Source: Octopus bimaculoides (taxonomy: Eukaryota). From it: a DNA stretch of 64,000 nucleotides. This document shows positions 37,150 to 51,396 of the stretch, piece by piece; within the stretch, counting starts at the first letter, position 1; every line of letters starts with the position of its first letter. Location: the NCBI RefSeq assembly GCF_001194135.2, contig NC_069005.1:11497959-11561958 (forward strand). The letters run 5' to 3'. The position numbers and the translations under genes were made by a program. Under the pieces are notes generated by a model that saw nothing but the letters and a program-made list of their open reading frames with translations, ran no database searches and was not told the origin of the DNA.

Positions 37150-38135
37150 TAACTGCATTGTTTCTTTCCAGGCAAACTGACAACTCACTGTTGAAAGAAG
37201 TCTTCAAAAGAAATTAGTGGAGACTTCTCTTGAAAATAAATAAAATTTGGTATCATGATGTTATCAAGTACTTGCAGGAAAAGGGTTTAGCCCCCAAGGA
37301 CATTCATGCTGACATGGTTGCTACATTAGGGAATGATACTTCAGCTTTATCAATTGGACTAAAATGGGCAGCTGAATTTAGGAGAGAGAGTCTTGAAGAT
37401 AAACTATGATTTGGATGTTCTGTAACTGCTATCACCAAGGAGAACATTGGTTGTGTTCACTACATGGTGATGGATGACAGGCAATTGACTATAACTCAAA
37501 TAGCCAATGCTTTTAGAATATTTCTTGAGAAAGTTGAGAATATTCCGCACAATGAACTTGATGTGAAAATACCACAACTTCTGATGCCTGATCAAAAGTG
37601 AACCAGGCTGATCACATCATGGGAAAATCTGACATTGTTTGAGGCAGATCCAGCTGGTTTTCTTTAACATTTCCTAACCCAAGGTTCATCACTTTTGCCT
37701 CAATTATTTTGGATCAAAATGGGATGTGTTTATTGACTATCTTCAAAGGGGTCATCCCATCAATGAAGTGTACTACACCAACTCTGTGAGGCAGTTACAA
37801 AAGGTTATCAGGATCAAACATCCAGGGACACTGATGAAAGTTCTTGGTTTCAATGGCTACTGTGCATGACTGGCTCCCTATTCTCTTGATTTTGCCCATC
37901 TGACTATCGTCTGTTCTTCAATTTGAAAAGAACACTTGACTGGGAACCAGTAATGATGAAGTAATCTCTGCTGCTGAGGAATTTTTCATTAACAAAATGA
38001 AAGCTTCTTCACCAATAAAATTCAACCACTGCAACACCGATGGACAGAATGAGTGGACTACAAGGGGGACTATGTTGAAAATTAAACCTCATTTAGTCAC
38101 ATTGATCAGCCTATGAACTTCTCAGCCGAACCTCA
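37150..38135 (+). mobile_element. mariner relic (irritans/Himar-like), decayed
   Basis: VIKYLQEKGLAPKDIHADMVATLG...KWAAEF...SLED...VMDDRQLTI..IA; C-terminal SPDFAxSDY-like and KGDYVE* segments; TIR-like right end CAGCCTATGAACTTCTCAGCCGAACCTCA|TA. Confidence 0.8.
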
Positions 38136-38552
38136 TATGTACATACATACATACATACATACATACATACATAATACATATGTATGTTGTATATGTATAT
38201 ATGGTCAAGTTTACATAAAGTACATACATTTCATGTATCTGCACAGGAAAAGTACAGTTTCAGGTACTATTATCATTCACCATGCTGAAAACCAATCTTG
38301 TGTACCATTTGGCAAGAAAACTAAGTAGCTGATAGCTTGAGTACACAAAAAATTAGTTTTCCTTCTGAGGAATGTTAATGCAGTGAACCATTGTACTTTT
38401 CCTGAGTTCAGTTAGCGTGCAATTGTACCATCAAAAACTTAAGTGGCCCTTCTGTATCCTAAGTACTGTATAGAGAGCATGTCAAACTCTTTTATGAACT
38501 GAATTCTTGTAACCAGTTGAAAATTGTTCATATAGTATACATACATATTATA

Positions 38553-38605
<53 letters not shown>

Positions 38606-38780
38606 NNNNNNNNNNNNNNNNNNNNNNNNNNNNNNNNNNNNNNNNNNNNNNNNNNNNNNNNNNNNNNNNNNNNGAAATATGTGAGAGGAAAGATTGGCAA
38701 GCGTTTTTACTGCTTCAAAAGTAAAAAGAACATACAAATATATTCTGAATTGAAATAATAATAATAATAATAATAATAAC

Positions 38781-38839
<59 letters not shown>

Positions 38840-38840
<1 letters not shown>

Positions 38841-39290
38841 CAAATATTCTGCTCAATACCACAAATTTGCTTGTAAGTTGCTTGACCTTAACAAGTTGAG
38901 AATGTCCCAAGGTGGCTGATGATATGTGCATCTCTGATCATGAGCAGAAGTAGTTGGGGAGCATCATAGCCATGTGTTGAGGAATTCTTTCAGGTTTGGA
39001 TAATTCACCTTTGGAAACATGGGCGTTTTGTTCATCATCCTTAAACAACCCTTATTCAGGGACCTTTTGAGAGGGATGGGCTACTCGATCTGAAGAAAAT
39101 TCTAACTGGGCCCCACCTGCGAGGTCATGCGCTGTTTATCGTGATATGAGATCACCATGCCATGCACATATGGTTGTAATGCATGTGCCTGGTGTACCCT
39201 TATCAGACGGGTAGTCATAATGGGTATACTGAGTTTGTATATTTTACCCCAGTGCCACTTTGATGACTTGCACTGCTCTCTCACTCAATA
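38840..39290 (+). mobile_element. Retroelement fragment embedded in (TAA)n arrays
   Basis: Flanked by long (TAA)n on both sides; ends CTCTCTCACTC-AATAAT; second copy at 63692-64000 on the minus strand. Confidence 0.75.
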
Positions 39291-39310
39291 ATAATAACAA
39301 TAATAATAAC

Positions 39311-39379
<69 letters not shown>

Positions 39380-39749
39380 CCTTTCTACTATAGGTACAAA
39401 GCCTGAAATTTGTGGGGAAGGAACTAGTTGATTACATCGACCCCAGTGTTTTACTGCTACTTAATTTATCGACCCAGAAAGGATGAAAGGCAAAGTTGAC
39501 CTCAGCAGAATTTGAATGCAGAACACAGCGGCAGACGAAATACTGCTAAGCATTTTGCCCGGCATGATAACAGTTTTGCCATAATAACAATAACATGGAA
39601 CTGCATGAATATTGTGTAAAATACTGTCAGTCTGAGGTCCTTGTTGTGACTTGACAAACAATACAAACCCCCAGTAGACACAATATCTTCAATCAACTAC
39701 CTCACAATATTGTATACTGTGCAACATCTACAATAATAATGATGATAAT

Positions 39750-40110
39750 ATGTACTGGGACTTTTTGGTATATGCAGACAGAACCATCAAAGCTAATGAA
39801 CAGGATATTGATGTAAAAGACCAAATTAATAATGTCTGTTTATTGACTGATATGAGTATCCCTTGTGATCATAATATTGTGATCAAGATATTGGAAGCTC
39901 AGAAAATATAAAGATTTGCTCATTGAAATCAAAAAATTGTGGCATCTCAAGGCAGTTACAATACCAGTGATTGCAGCAGGAACACAAGGAATGATTGGAT
40001 AAGGAACTGAAAATTATTTGATACCTGGCTTACCATGCATGAAAAAGTGAAAAGAATTTTTTAACTGGTATGACACAAGTGTTGAGAAGAGCATTGTCGC
40101 TGTGAGAATG
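39750..40110 (+). mobile_element. R4/Dong-clade LINE fragment (restriction-like endonuclease C-terminus)
   Basis: YWDFLVYADRTIKANEQDIDVKD...CLLTDMSIPCD...KYKDLLIEIKKLW..VTIPVI matches the PD-(D/E)xK region of R4-type ORFs; begins after a TAA-rich tract. Confidence 0.8.
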
Positions 40111-40326
40111 ATTACCATTCTATGTAAATAATTTTTTTGCATGTGACTTTATTTGATTTTGTAAATGAACAATCTAGTGTGTATATTTTAATGATGTATC
40201 AATATGTACAGTGAGTTTCTTTGTTCTAGGTATCAAGAAGATGCATGGCAAGAAATAGAAACAAAATTGAAAGAAGAAAAATAATAATATTTATATGTGT
40301 GTATGTGTGTGTATGTATGTGTTATG

Positions 40327-40370
<44 letters not shown>

Positions 40371-40958
40371 TGTGAAAGTGGATGTGTGCATCTGTCTGTT
40401 AGTGTAGTAATACATTATTCTAAAGAAGCGTCTGGGCCAATCAAAGTGTTGTACTGAATGCAAAAACATGAAAGATCTGGTTAATAGTAGTCTGGAAATA
40501 TCAAAGATTTTATAGATAAGATTCTTTACATGGAAAACTTTACAAAGAAAGAAAGAAGTAGAAAAATAGAAAGTAAAACTCCGAACTTACATTTGCGCAA
40601 CATTCTTAGGAAGGTAGAATTCTGGGGAAAAGTATCCCATGATGCAAAAGGGGGAGAAAAGTCAGCCATTTATGATTTATATTTTCCTTTCTGCTTTTTT
40701 TTTTTTATAAAAGCATTTAATTTTTTTTTTTTTTTTTTTTTNNNNNNNNNNNNNNNNNNNNNNNNNNNNNNNNNNNNNNNNNNNNNNNNNNNNNNNNNNN
40801 NNNNNNNNNNNNNNNNNNNNNNNNNNNNNNNTTAAACCAGCTACAATTATTTGCAACCATTTTCAGACTAGCCCTGCACCGATTATGTTTACTGTTATGT
40901 GAGATTGGGTTTAGCATATATATATAAATATATATGCACATGTATATATATATACACA

Positions 40959-40994
<36 letters not shown>

Positions 40995-41438
40995 CATATA
41001 TATATACTTCAGTGGTGTACCACAGGATGAAACAGGGTGTGCTGAATATTAAAAATATTGATAACAGTGAATAGGAATTTTATATTAATAATAAATGATG
41101 CAATCATCTTAAATAAAAAGTCTACTGTTAAGAAGGTACTGCTAACATTAACAGGAATTGCTATAAGACATTATAAGCATCAATTTGAGTTCAGAAAGAA
41201 ATAGAACTCATTCAAATAAACAAGCCATGTACCTATAATTGCTTCCTGAGTAAAGATGCCATACGGATTGTACTACAAAGTTCTATTTCAACTGTTCATT
41301 TAAAGCAATGTTTCTCAACCATTTTACTTAGATGGATCCTCCTAGCTATTCAATGTTCAAAAAAATCATATATTTTTATTGTTAAATACTATTAGGAATT
41401 GCATTAAAAAATTGTTAAAATATTGTAGAAGTATAACC

Positions 41439-41756
41439 CAGTGGTTTTCAAACTTTTTGACTTTTTGACTTGGTTATTTTCCCTAAAATTAACCCTAACC
41501 CTAACCCTAACCCTAACCCTAACCCTTATAAACGCTTATGAAATTTACACATAAATATTTGCTTAAAATAACATATATTTTTACATTTATTTATCTAACA
41601 GTATTTAACAAATAGGTTTATTGTCAATTAAAAAATTTCGATTAAAAAACATATATAAAATCAAATTGCCCATAAAAAGTATTTGCTGTCCACGGACCCC
41701 CTGTCTTGTCCTTGCGGACCCCCTGTGGTCTGCGGACCACAGTTTGAAAACCCCTG
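41439..41756. mobile_element. hAT-type MITE (inner) carrying (TAACCC)6
   Basis: 16-bp TIRs CAGTGGTTTTCAAACT / AGTTTGAAAACCCCTG, perfect 8-bp target duplication GTATAACC. Confidence 0.9.
41490..41525 (-). repeat. Interstitial telomeric repeat (TTAGGG)6
   Basis: Six perfect TAACCC units. Confidence 0.95.
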
Positions 41757-42621
41757 GTATAACCAATATATTGCACATAAATTTTAACAACAAAATCATA
41801 TATGGATCCTTATAGGCCATATGGACCCTGGTTGAGAATCACTGGTTTAAAACAGCAGAAACAATTTATGATACCTAAAATGGAATGATAATTTTGTAGT
41901 GCAATCTGTTAAGGCACTTACCTAGTGTGGTCACCAGGCAAGTACCAGATAAATGGTTCAATCTCTCATCAGCCTGGCCTGTTACTCTTTTCTGTCTAAC
42001 ATTCATGCTTATAATATTTAACACTGACAGTTTACTGTGGTTTATAAAATACTAACGTATTTTGGTTGGGCACAAGGCCAGTTTTTGTATAAAACACAGT
42101 ATAAGATAGTCAATAAAATATCAACTCAAATACAATGAAATGCTGGTATATATTTAATTGACTATGAAGGGACAAAACACTAGAATCAACCTCCCCACTG
42201 AAATAGGATTGGCATTTAGTATAGAGAACTTAAACAGGTATTATTGTAAAGTTTCACACTACATAAGAGGTTTGCTTATCATTTGACACCTGACAATTTC
42301 AATTCTTTTTATGCTTTCACTTCTTATGCTTTTTCTTTCACTTTATACCCACCTATAATAAACTAATAGCTTCTGTGTTTGCTTGACTTGTAAGAAGAAG
42401 CAATCAAATCTATTCCAGAATTATTAAAGATCAAGTTACTTACCCAACAATTGTTTCTATACAACTGACTTTAATTTCTGTTCCTCTCCCTCTCTCAATT
42501 ATACTTTTGAATGCTATAATACTTTTCCATGCTTGCATGTGTTGGATCTGTAAGTATGTATATATTCATGCATACATGCATATACACATACACATATATA
42601 TGATATACATATATCCTCCTC

Positions 42622-42945
42622 CTCATCATCATCATCGTTTAACGTCCGCTTTCCATGCTGGCATGGGTTGGATGATTTGACTGAGGACTGGCGAACCAGA
42701 TGGCTGCACCAGCCTCCAATCTAATCTGGCAGAGTTTCTACAGCTGAATGCCCTTCCTAACACCAACCACTCCGAGAGTGTAGTGGGTGCTTTTACGTGC
42801 CACCGGCACAAGAGCCAGTCAGGTGACTCTTGTGGCAACTGGCAACGGCCATGCTCAAAATGGCATTTTTTACATACCACTTGCACAGGAGCCAGTCCAT
42901 CGGCATTGGCAACGACCTCGCTCGAATGTTTTTTCATGTGCCAAG
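42622..42945 (-). mobile_element. (GAT)n-tailed SINE-like family
   Basis: GTTAGGAAGGGCAT.CAGCTGTAGAAAC...CATGGAAAGCGGACGTTAAACGATGATG; other copies at 16778-16915 (+), 46840-46975, 47884-48095 and 53975-54300; diverged relatives at 32170-32440 and 36830-37075. Confidence 0.8.
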
Positions 42946-43227
42946 GAGGTTTAGTTCACAGGTGATCTAAATGACTAGGTACACTAGGTAAGTGCTGTAA
43001 TGGATAACCAGGGCTCCAAAGTTATAGTTGAGATGGTAGTTATGGAGCCATTGTAGATTTCCAATATAGCGGATATATAATTGTTAAATAGGACAACAAA
43101 CATCTCAAGTCATATACGTTATCATTATTGGAAGTATTCAAAGTACTTTGAATTTTTCCAATAATGATAAGGTACATGACTTGAGATGTTTGTCTTGCCT
43201 TAACATTTGTTGTCCTCTTTAGCAATT

Positions 43228-43306
<79 letters not shown>

Positions 43307-43495
43307 GAGAATGAGAGAAGTTGTGTGTAGTATTCTTGAGCAAAACACTCACATTTCTTCAGTCCCCTCAGCTGTAAATGGGTAACCTTACAATGGACTC
43401 ACCTTCCAGCTAAAACGAGGCAAAGCACATTGTGACCAGCAGTGTATAACAACATCTGATAGTCTGGTTGATCATGTGATCACATGATACATATG

Positions 43496-43527
<32 letters not shown>

Positions 43528-44311
43528 AGAGTGTCTATGTATGTATGTGTTTTTGTCACCCCCACCCACTGCTTAACAATCAGTGTTGGTTTCTTTATGA
43601 TACCATAACTTAGAAGTTCAACAAAAGGAACCAGTAGAACAAGTATCTAGTTTTAAAACAAAACACAAGTACTGGGGTCAATTTGTTTGACTTAAAACCC
43701 TTCACACCTGTTCCTTATGACAGCAGTCCAACGACTGAAACAAGTTAAAAGATAAAACATCAGGTGAATAATGACGAAGTTATTTTACTAAACTCTTTGT
43801 TATTTTCAAGATTAATGGAAACAAAGTAGCGTACTCCAACACAAGTACAGCAATGAAAGGGTTAAAGTTTGTATCATCTCTATGTGTAGCTATTCTATGT
43901 GAGTGTGAAACTGAAGTGAAGGGGTAAAAACAAAAGCGGAATTGTTTTGGTGGAAAGCAAAGCAATCTGAAATTGATCTTGTTAGATGTGGTGTGAAACT
44001 GTTACTAATGACTGAAAATTAAACAATAGACTGTAAAATATTGAATAGAATAATACCCTGTCGATTGTGCTACCTTCTTTGTCCTTGGGGGTTATAAATA
44101 TTAAAGACAATGTAAATGATTGCAGAAAACATGTAAAGAAGAGATATTACAAGCACACCCTGACAATACAACCTCTGATATTGAAATGAAACTTAAAACT
44201 TACAACATTGACACAGAGATAAAAATAATGCAGGCAGCCAAGATTTGAAGCAAATGTGAAAGCTGGCAAAAATAATACATACACACATTATATATATACA
44301 TATACATATAC

Positions 44312-44350
<39 letters not shown>

Positions 44351-44699
44351 CATATATACATACATATATATATGTAAATGTATATATATGTATATACACA
44401 CATAAATATACACACACATATGCATAAACATATACATATACATATATACCTACGCATATACATATGTATATATGAACAAGTAAACATCAATGACCCATAC
44501 AATATAAATTACTAAATGAAAGACTGAAATATAACCAAGCATCTTCTTATTAAATTTCCTGTTTTTGACTCATATTTTCATCCTAATTTGATTTGACATA
44601 CAAAAGTCGGTGAATTATAAAATACATTTTTTAAATTCTGATTAAAGTCATTCATTAGACTATAGTCACACAGAGGCATCATCTTAGAGGATTTTAATC

Positions 44700-46700
44700 A
44701 TTATCAACAGGAGTCGATAAAATTTAATACAACTTCCGTATGTATGCCAGTCTGAGAAAGGTGCCAAAAAGAAAAAGGAGGAGAATGTATGGCTTGCATC
44801 TTTATGCCATGAAGAGTTATGTTATGAAGTACAAGAGGGAATGCTTAAGTAAGCTACTAAACTGGTCGCAACAATTTCTTGTGTGGCTCTGGACTATATT
44901 TCACAACTTCTGAAAGATATCAGTTTAGATTTACTGCCAAACATGGAGACGTTGATAACTACCATACATGAGACAAAGTCAGAGAAAGCTCCTGGTGTTG
45001 AGAAATCTATAAGTATGATGGAAGGGAATTACACTATTGACTTCTCTAATTGTTCAGAGAATGTTGACAATGCAGTAACCAACACCAACACCAACAACTC
45101 AATGATGCACAGGTAGTCACCATTTACAAGTGGAAGGATGGATGACCAACAGGATTGTGGAAATTACCAAGGAATTTTCTTTGTCTGAATTACAGGGAAA
45201 ATTCTAGCAAAAATACTGATCAAGGGATTACAAAATTTATCAGAATGAATTCTTCCTAAAAGCCAGTGTAGTTTCATTATGTCTAGGAACACCATTGATA
45301 TGGTTTTCACTTTGTGACAAACTTAGGAAAAGCCTATCAGAAAATATATCCCACTTTTCATGGTGCTCACCAACTTTATGAAATTCACAGTGTGGGAACA
45401 GAAGACCTATGGATCTTCTTGAAAGATATTTTCTTTCTTTCTTGCCTTTAACCCTCCAATGCGGAGTATAGGCTGTTTATAATTGAATTCCATGTTGCAT
45501 AATTTTTCGCTTCTGTACTTATACTCTGCCATGAATGTCCCCCTTTCTCTAGTTCCTTTTGTGTTGATCTACGCCACAAATTCTTAGGCCTACCCCTCTT
45601 TCTATATCCATCTGGATTCCCACTGCAAAGCACTTTTCGCTACATTTGGTGTGTCCTTTCTAATTGTGCTACCAATCCATTTCCAGTTTTTCTTAAATAT
45701 TTGCTCCCTAATCAAAACTTGATTCGTTCTTTGCCATATGGGCTTTGAGAGACTTCAAAGATATTATACAGTCAAATTTGTGGAGATAGTCAAGCAGTTT
45801 CATGAGGATATACTTGCTGCAGTCTCTCATGAGTATGACTACTTGACACCCTTTCCAATCACCAATGAATTAAAGCAGGACTGTGTACTAGTTCAAATGA
45901 AATTTGAATTATTTCTGGATGCCATACCTGAAAGGTGAAAGCAAATTCAAAGGTAGAGAGCATATCTGCACAAAAGCAGGTGATAGGGTGTAGTCTTAAT
46001 TTGGCATGAACTGACTCAGTGTGAATATTCACAAACATCTCTTTACTAATGACTCAGTTCTCATGGCTCATTCCTTGGAAGATAGTTAGAAAATGACACA
46101 CTATTTTGAATGACTGATGTCAGATTTTGGCCTTCCAAGAAGTGCAAAATAGTCTAAAGTCTTGTATCAGCCTAATCCTGGCATGCTCACACACTAACCA
46201 CTAACTACCATATTGCAAATTAACCTCTATGTATGGTGAAACAATTCACATATTTAGGAAGTGCAATTTACAATGATAACAGCCTAGATGCAGAGGCAGG
46301 TTATTGCATACAGTCAACTGCAGTCACTTTCAGAAAGCCCAATGATTATCAGGGGAAACAACAAGGTGTAATACTCTCAGCAAAATGCAGAGTGTACTGT
46401 CCTATGTGTCATAATCTACTGGGACCTAAAATCTCTATTGCTTCCATATCAAAAAGTGGATAAGCTACCAGTTAAACAAACTACATATTGTGGTGAATAT
46501 GTCTTAATGTGCCAAAATCTATAACCAATAAGTCCTGTGGTGTGGAAATATGCCAGCATCACAATTTCACTGGATAGGACATATGAATGCGATCTGTATG
46601 GAGGAGACTAGGATCTCCAAGACCATGCTCCATGGTGGAAGTCGTGGAAGAGGATATCTGAAACTCTGTTATAAGGATGCCATCAAATGATGTGAAGAGG
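44700..46700 (+). mobile_element. Old RTE-clade LINE, heavily decayed, with nested insertion
   Basis: SEKAPG, CGNYQGI, LPKSQCSF, TIDMVF, KFVEIVKQFHE, KQFTYLGS motifs in order. Confidence 0.8.
45431..45752 (-). mobile_element. 5'-truncated RTE LINE 3' end nested in the older RTE
   Basis: WKWIG..RK, GYRKRGRPKNLWRR...W motifs, GAAA-type tail, 13-bp target duplication CTT(G/C)AAAGATATT at 45418-45430 and 45753-45765. Confidence 0.85.
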
Positions 46701-46751
46701 GTGACCTGATTATGATTGCATAAAAGACAATGAGACAGGATTTTAGTTTAA

Positions 46752-47330
46752 GCACCCCACATAACCCCTCATAACATTTTTAGTTTCTGAAATTTTCAGA
46801 AAATTCTTGCATATTTGTGTTCTACACATGGGAATCCATACATCATGATCATGATCGTTTAATGTCTGCTTTTCATGCTGACAGTTTGACAGGGTCTGGC
46901 TAAGTAGAAGACTGCACCAGGTTTCTGTTTTGGTAGGGTTCTTATGGCTGAATGCCCTTCTTAACACCAACCATCATACAGATTATGAAAAAAATTAAAA
47001 AAAAATTTTTTCAAATATGTTTTTTTTTATAAATCTGAGTTTAAAATTCGGACAGACCAAATTTTTTGCTTAGATTGCAACCATAGACCATTAACTGTGT
47101 TTATAAAGAGAAAATTATTGAAAAACATCAATGCATCACAGTGAAAAAGAAATGAGGAGAGTATCAGGTGGTGTTAAAAACAACAGCTAACTAGTCCTTA
47201 AATCAAATGCAGATTTTTTTCAATTAGGTTTTTGCATAATCGTATGAATTCATAAGTGTAGAAATGCAAATTTGCAAACATTTTCTGAAAATTCAAAAAC
47301 TAAAAATGTTATGAGGGGTTGTATGAGGGC
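46752..47330. mobile_element. MITE with ~80-bp TIRs and TTAA target duplication
   Basis: 46752-46828 is the reverse complement of ~47257-47330; TTAA on both sides; SINE inserted at ~46840-46975. Confidence 0.8.
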
Positions 47331-47815
47331 TTAAACCAGAATTCTGCCGATAATAATTGACTGCAAACAGTAGCAGAGGCTTATATAGAAAGGAGAAAAT
47401 GTTGCTATGTTGAACTGGGGGTAACAACAACACGAAAAAAGAGAAAAAGCTAAAACAAGATCCACTATACTAGGCCTAGCAATAGTGTTCTTCAATATTA
47501 TCCATTAGGATTGTAGCAATACATTTGACCTACAGTTCCATGAAAGAGTAAAACATCACTGATGAAATTTCTTTATTATATTTGGGAAAAGAAAAAAACA
47601 TTTTCCTTTCTGTGACAAATTCAGATTTCACAATGGGTGGCAACCAAGAACAAGAAAGCCAACCCCTGTATGTCTGTTAATCAATTTATCACTCCAAACT
47701 GCCAAGTTATTTACATTAATTTTTATGGGTATACATAAATAGAAATGGATACCCATGTATGCCTGAGGAGGCACATGCACATCTGTGCACGCACGCACAC
47801 ACACACACACAATAG

Positions 47816-47855
<40 letters not shown>

Positions 47856-49106
47856 CACACACATACACACGGACATATAACTTTATCATCATCATCATCA
47901 TCATCGTTTAACATCTGCTTTCCATGCTAGCATGGGTTGGACGATTTGACTGAAGACTGGTGGAACCCGAAGACTACACCAGGCTCCAATCTGATTTGGC
48001 AGAGTTTCTACAGCTGGGTGCCCTTCCTAACGTCAACCACTCTGAGAGTGTAGTGGGTGCTTTTACGTGTCACTGGCGCAAAGGCCAGTCAGGCGACACG
48101 TACATATATTCTCTCTATACATATATGTGGTTTCCTTCCCAAATCAACAGCATACAAGGCAGTTATGAATTAGGCTAGCACCACGGCAGATAGTCTAATT
48201 TGCATATTTATGCTTTTGAATTTTCATCATTAATTGTACGATATTTATTTATGCATAACACATTGTCAATTAGAAGAACTGGAATAAATTTCTAATCTCT
48301 GATGCTTCACTGCAGGTTAAATAAGAATGGGAAGAAAAGTGTGAGGATGGTGTTTCTTGATGGACTGTTTCATGGATTGCTGACCACTCCTCAGACAAAA
48401 TGCACTTGGCTTCAGTACCCAACCAACAGCATAGATTGGCTGCTTTAAAAGTAATCATAGATTAATCAAACTTAGGAGGGAATAAAGTCAAGACAATATT
48501 GGTAAGGATGTGAGTTTAGAAGGAGAGGGGCAAAATTAAATAATGCCATTCTTTGTGACGTGTAGCAATACAGTTAATCTAGGGTGTTTTTCATTGTTAA
48601 AGACAATGAAGTTTCATTTAAGGGATAATTTGGCAGCACATGGGCAAGTGGTTTAGATATTACACTCATCATTGGTTTCAATTCCCAAACCAAACAGTGC
48701 ATTGAATTCTTGAGCAAAACCCTTCATGTTACTCCAGTACACAAAGTTCTAAATACTTTCAAGCAATATTTGGAAAGTTTATCCAGTGAAGGACTGGTGT
48801 TCCATTCAGGGTGGGGGAAAGGATATTGCAATCTCAGCCATAAGAATCAGATTATTGTCTGGGCTTTATAAATGCTGGGGTTTATGAAAGACCTAAAAAT
48901 GCTAAAAATTCCAGGCAGGTTCATGTGGTCTAGTGGTTAGAGTGTTCGACTCATGATTGTAAAATTGTGATTTCAATTCCTGAACCAGGCAATGCATTGT
49001 GTTCTTGCAGAAAACACTTTATTTCCCATTGCTCCACTCCACGCAGCAGGCACGAATGAGTAATCCTGCAACAGATCAGCATCCTGTCCAAAGGGTATCA
49101 ATATAT

Positions 49107-49497
49107 GTTGTATCTTGTTGGCACTCCGTCGCTTACGATGTTGAGAGTTCCAGTTGATCCGACCAACGGAACAGCCTGCTCGTGAAATTAACGTGCAAGT
49201 GGCTGAGCACTCCACAGACACGTGTACCCTTAACGTAGTTCTCGGGGATATTCAGCGTGACACAGTGTGACACGGCTGACCCTTTGAATTACAGGCACAA
49301 CAGAAACAGGAAGTAAGAGTGAGAGAAAGTTGAGGTGGAAGAGTACTGCAGGGTTCACCACCATCCCCTGCCGGAGCCTCCTGGAGCTTTAGGTGCTTTC
49401 GCTCAATAAACACTCACAACACCCGGTCTGGGAATCGAAACCGCAATCCTATGACCGCGAGTCCGCTGCCCTAACCACTGGGCCATTGCGCCTGCAC
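49107..49497 (-). mobile_element. tRNA-Arg-headed SINE, full length
   Basis: Same consensus; 13-bp TSD GGTATCAATATAT. Confidence 0.9.
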
Positions 49498-49502
49498 GGT
49501 AT

Positions 49503-49543
<41 letters not shown>

Positions 49544-50229
49544 ATAGAAACTGGGAGAAAAGCCCTTATGCATCCATAGGGCTGAAGAAGGATGGCTTGC
49601 CCTTTATCAATAACCAGATAGAGACTTCTACATTAGGTTGTCGTAATGGTAAGGCTTTGTCAAACTGACTTGCTCTAATCACATATATATATATATAGAT
49701 ATGATTCCTCTAGAGACGTTGTCTCCAAAGATCTCCCTCCCACCCACGACCACCACTTAACAAAAATCAACGTGACATTATGACATGCAACATTATATGG
49801 TATAATACAACAACAACAGCAGCAACAGCAACACATATAACTCTTTATATCAAAAGAAGACATCACTGTAATAACATCATCATCATCATCATCATCATAA
49901 TCATCATCATCAATAGCAGTAGTAGCAGCAGCAGCAGCACCATAAACTGAACATATCAAGACATACATATCGTGACATGAAGCTTCACCATCACAGTCTA
50001 TAAACATCCAGCTGTAAGAACACATTGACTGCACACAATCAACTGACCACCTGTCACTTTCTTACTCTCTCACTCTCACCTTCACTCTCTCACTAACACT
50101 CTCTCTATCTCTTTCTTGCTCTCTCTTTGTCTTTCTTTCTCTCTCACACACACACATACACGCACCTAAACTCATGGCAATTGAAAGGATTCATGATGAC
50201 ACACATTAGAATATATACAGCATTAGGAA

Positions 50230-50262
<33 letters not shown>

Positions 50263-50625
50263 GATGCACAAATGCACGCACATACATAGTCACACATCCG
50301 CATGGCTAATGAGGGAGCTGACACGCACATATACATGCGAGTGTGTATGAGTGAATGTTTATGTATGTGTGAGTGTTTGGTCATGTGAGTGGATGGTTGG
50401 CATGGGATTGAACTATCATAAAACAACAACAACAACAACAATGAACAACAATAACAGCAGCAACAAAAAAGAAAAGGCTCACAAACAAAACACAATTTAA
50501 AAGACTGTAAAGGCGGCAGTTGGAATTGAAATGGCAGTGTTCATAGTCTGTGTTTTCAAGCAGAGAAGAAAGGTATACAGGCAAATGAATGGGAGAGAGA
50601 GAGAGAGAGAGAGATAGAGAGAGAG

Positions 50626-50656
<31 letters not shown>

Positions 50657-51337
50657 CCAGGATGATATGGGATCAAATAGAAGCAAAAATTACAAAATGC
50701 AAAAATGATGAAAAAAATTTTTTAACAAATAACTGAGAATAATTGATCAATATATATATGCATATATGCATGAATGTGTGTATATGTGTATGTGTGTATA
50801 TATATATATANNNNNNNNNNNNNNNNNNNNNNNNNNNNNNNNNNNNNNNNNNNNNNNNNNNNNNNNNNNNNNNNNNNNNNNNNNNNNNNNNNNNNNNNNN
50901 NNNNNNNNNNNNNNNNNNNNNNNNNNNNNNNNNNNNNNNNNNNNNNNNNNNNNNNNNNNNNNNNNNNNNNNNNNNNNNNNNNNNNNNNNNNNNNNNNNNN
51001 NNNNNNNNNNNNNNNNNNNNNNNNNNNNNNNNNNNNNNNNNNNNNNNNNNNNNNNNNNNNNNNNNNNNNNNNNNNNNNNNNNNNNNNNNNNNNNNNNNNN
51101 NNNNNNNNNNNNNNNNNNNNNNNNNNNNNNNNNNNNNNNNNNNNNNNNNNNNNNNNNNNNNNNNNNNNNNNNNNNNNNNNNNNNNNNNNNNNNNNNNNNN
51201 NNNNNNNNNNNNNNNNNNNNNNNNNNNNNNTATATATATATATATAATGTTGCATACAAAGCCTGAAATACAATAAACATAAATAAATGTAGATAAAAAC
51301 AAAATAAACTGAAATAGTAATAAGCCAAAATGTCCAC

Positions 51338-51396
<59 letters not shown>

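Larger units (their letters stand above)
41306..41844. mobile_element. hAT-type MITE (outer)
   Basis: 15-bp TIRs CAATGTTTCTCAACC / GGTTGAGAATCACTG (13/15 match); 8-bp flanks ATTTAAAG / GTTTAAAA. Confidence 0.7.
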
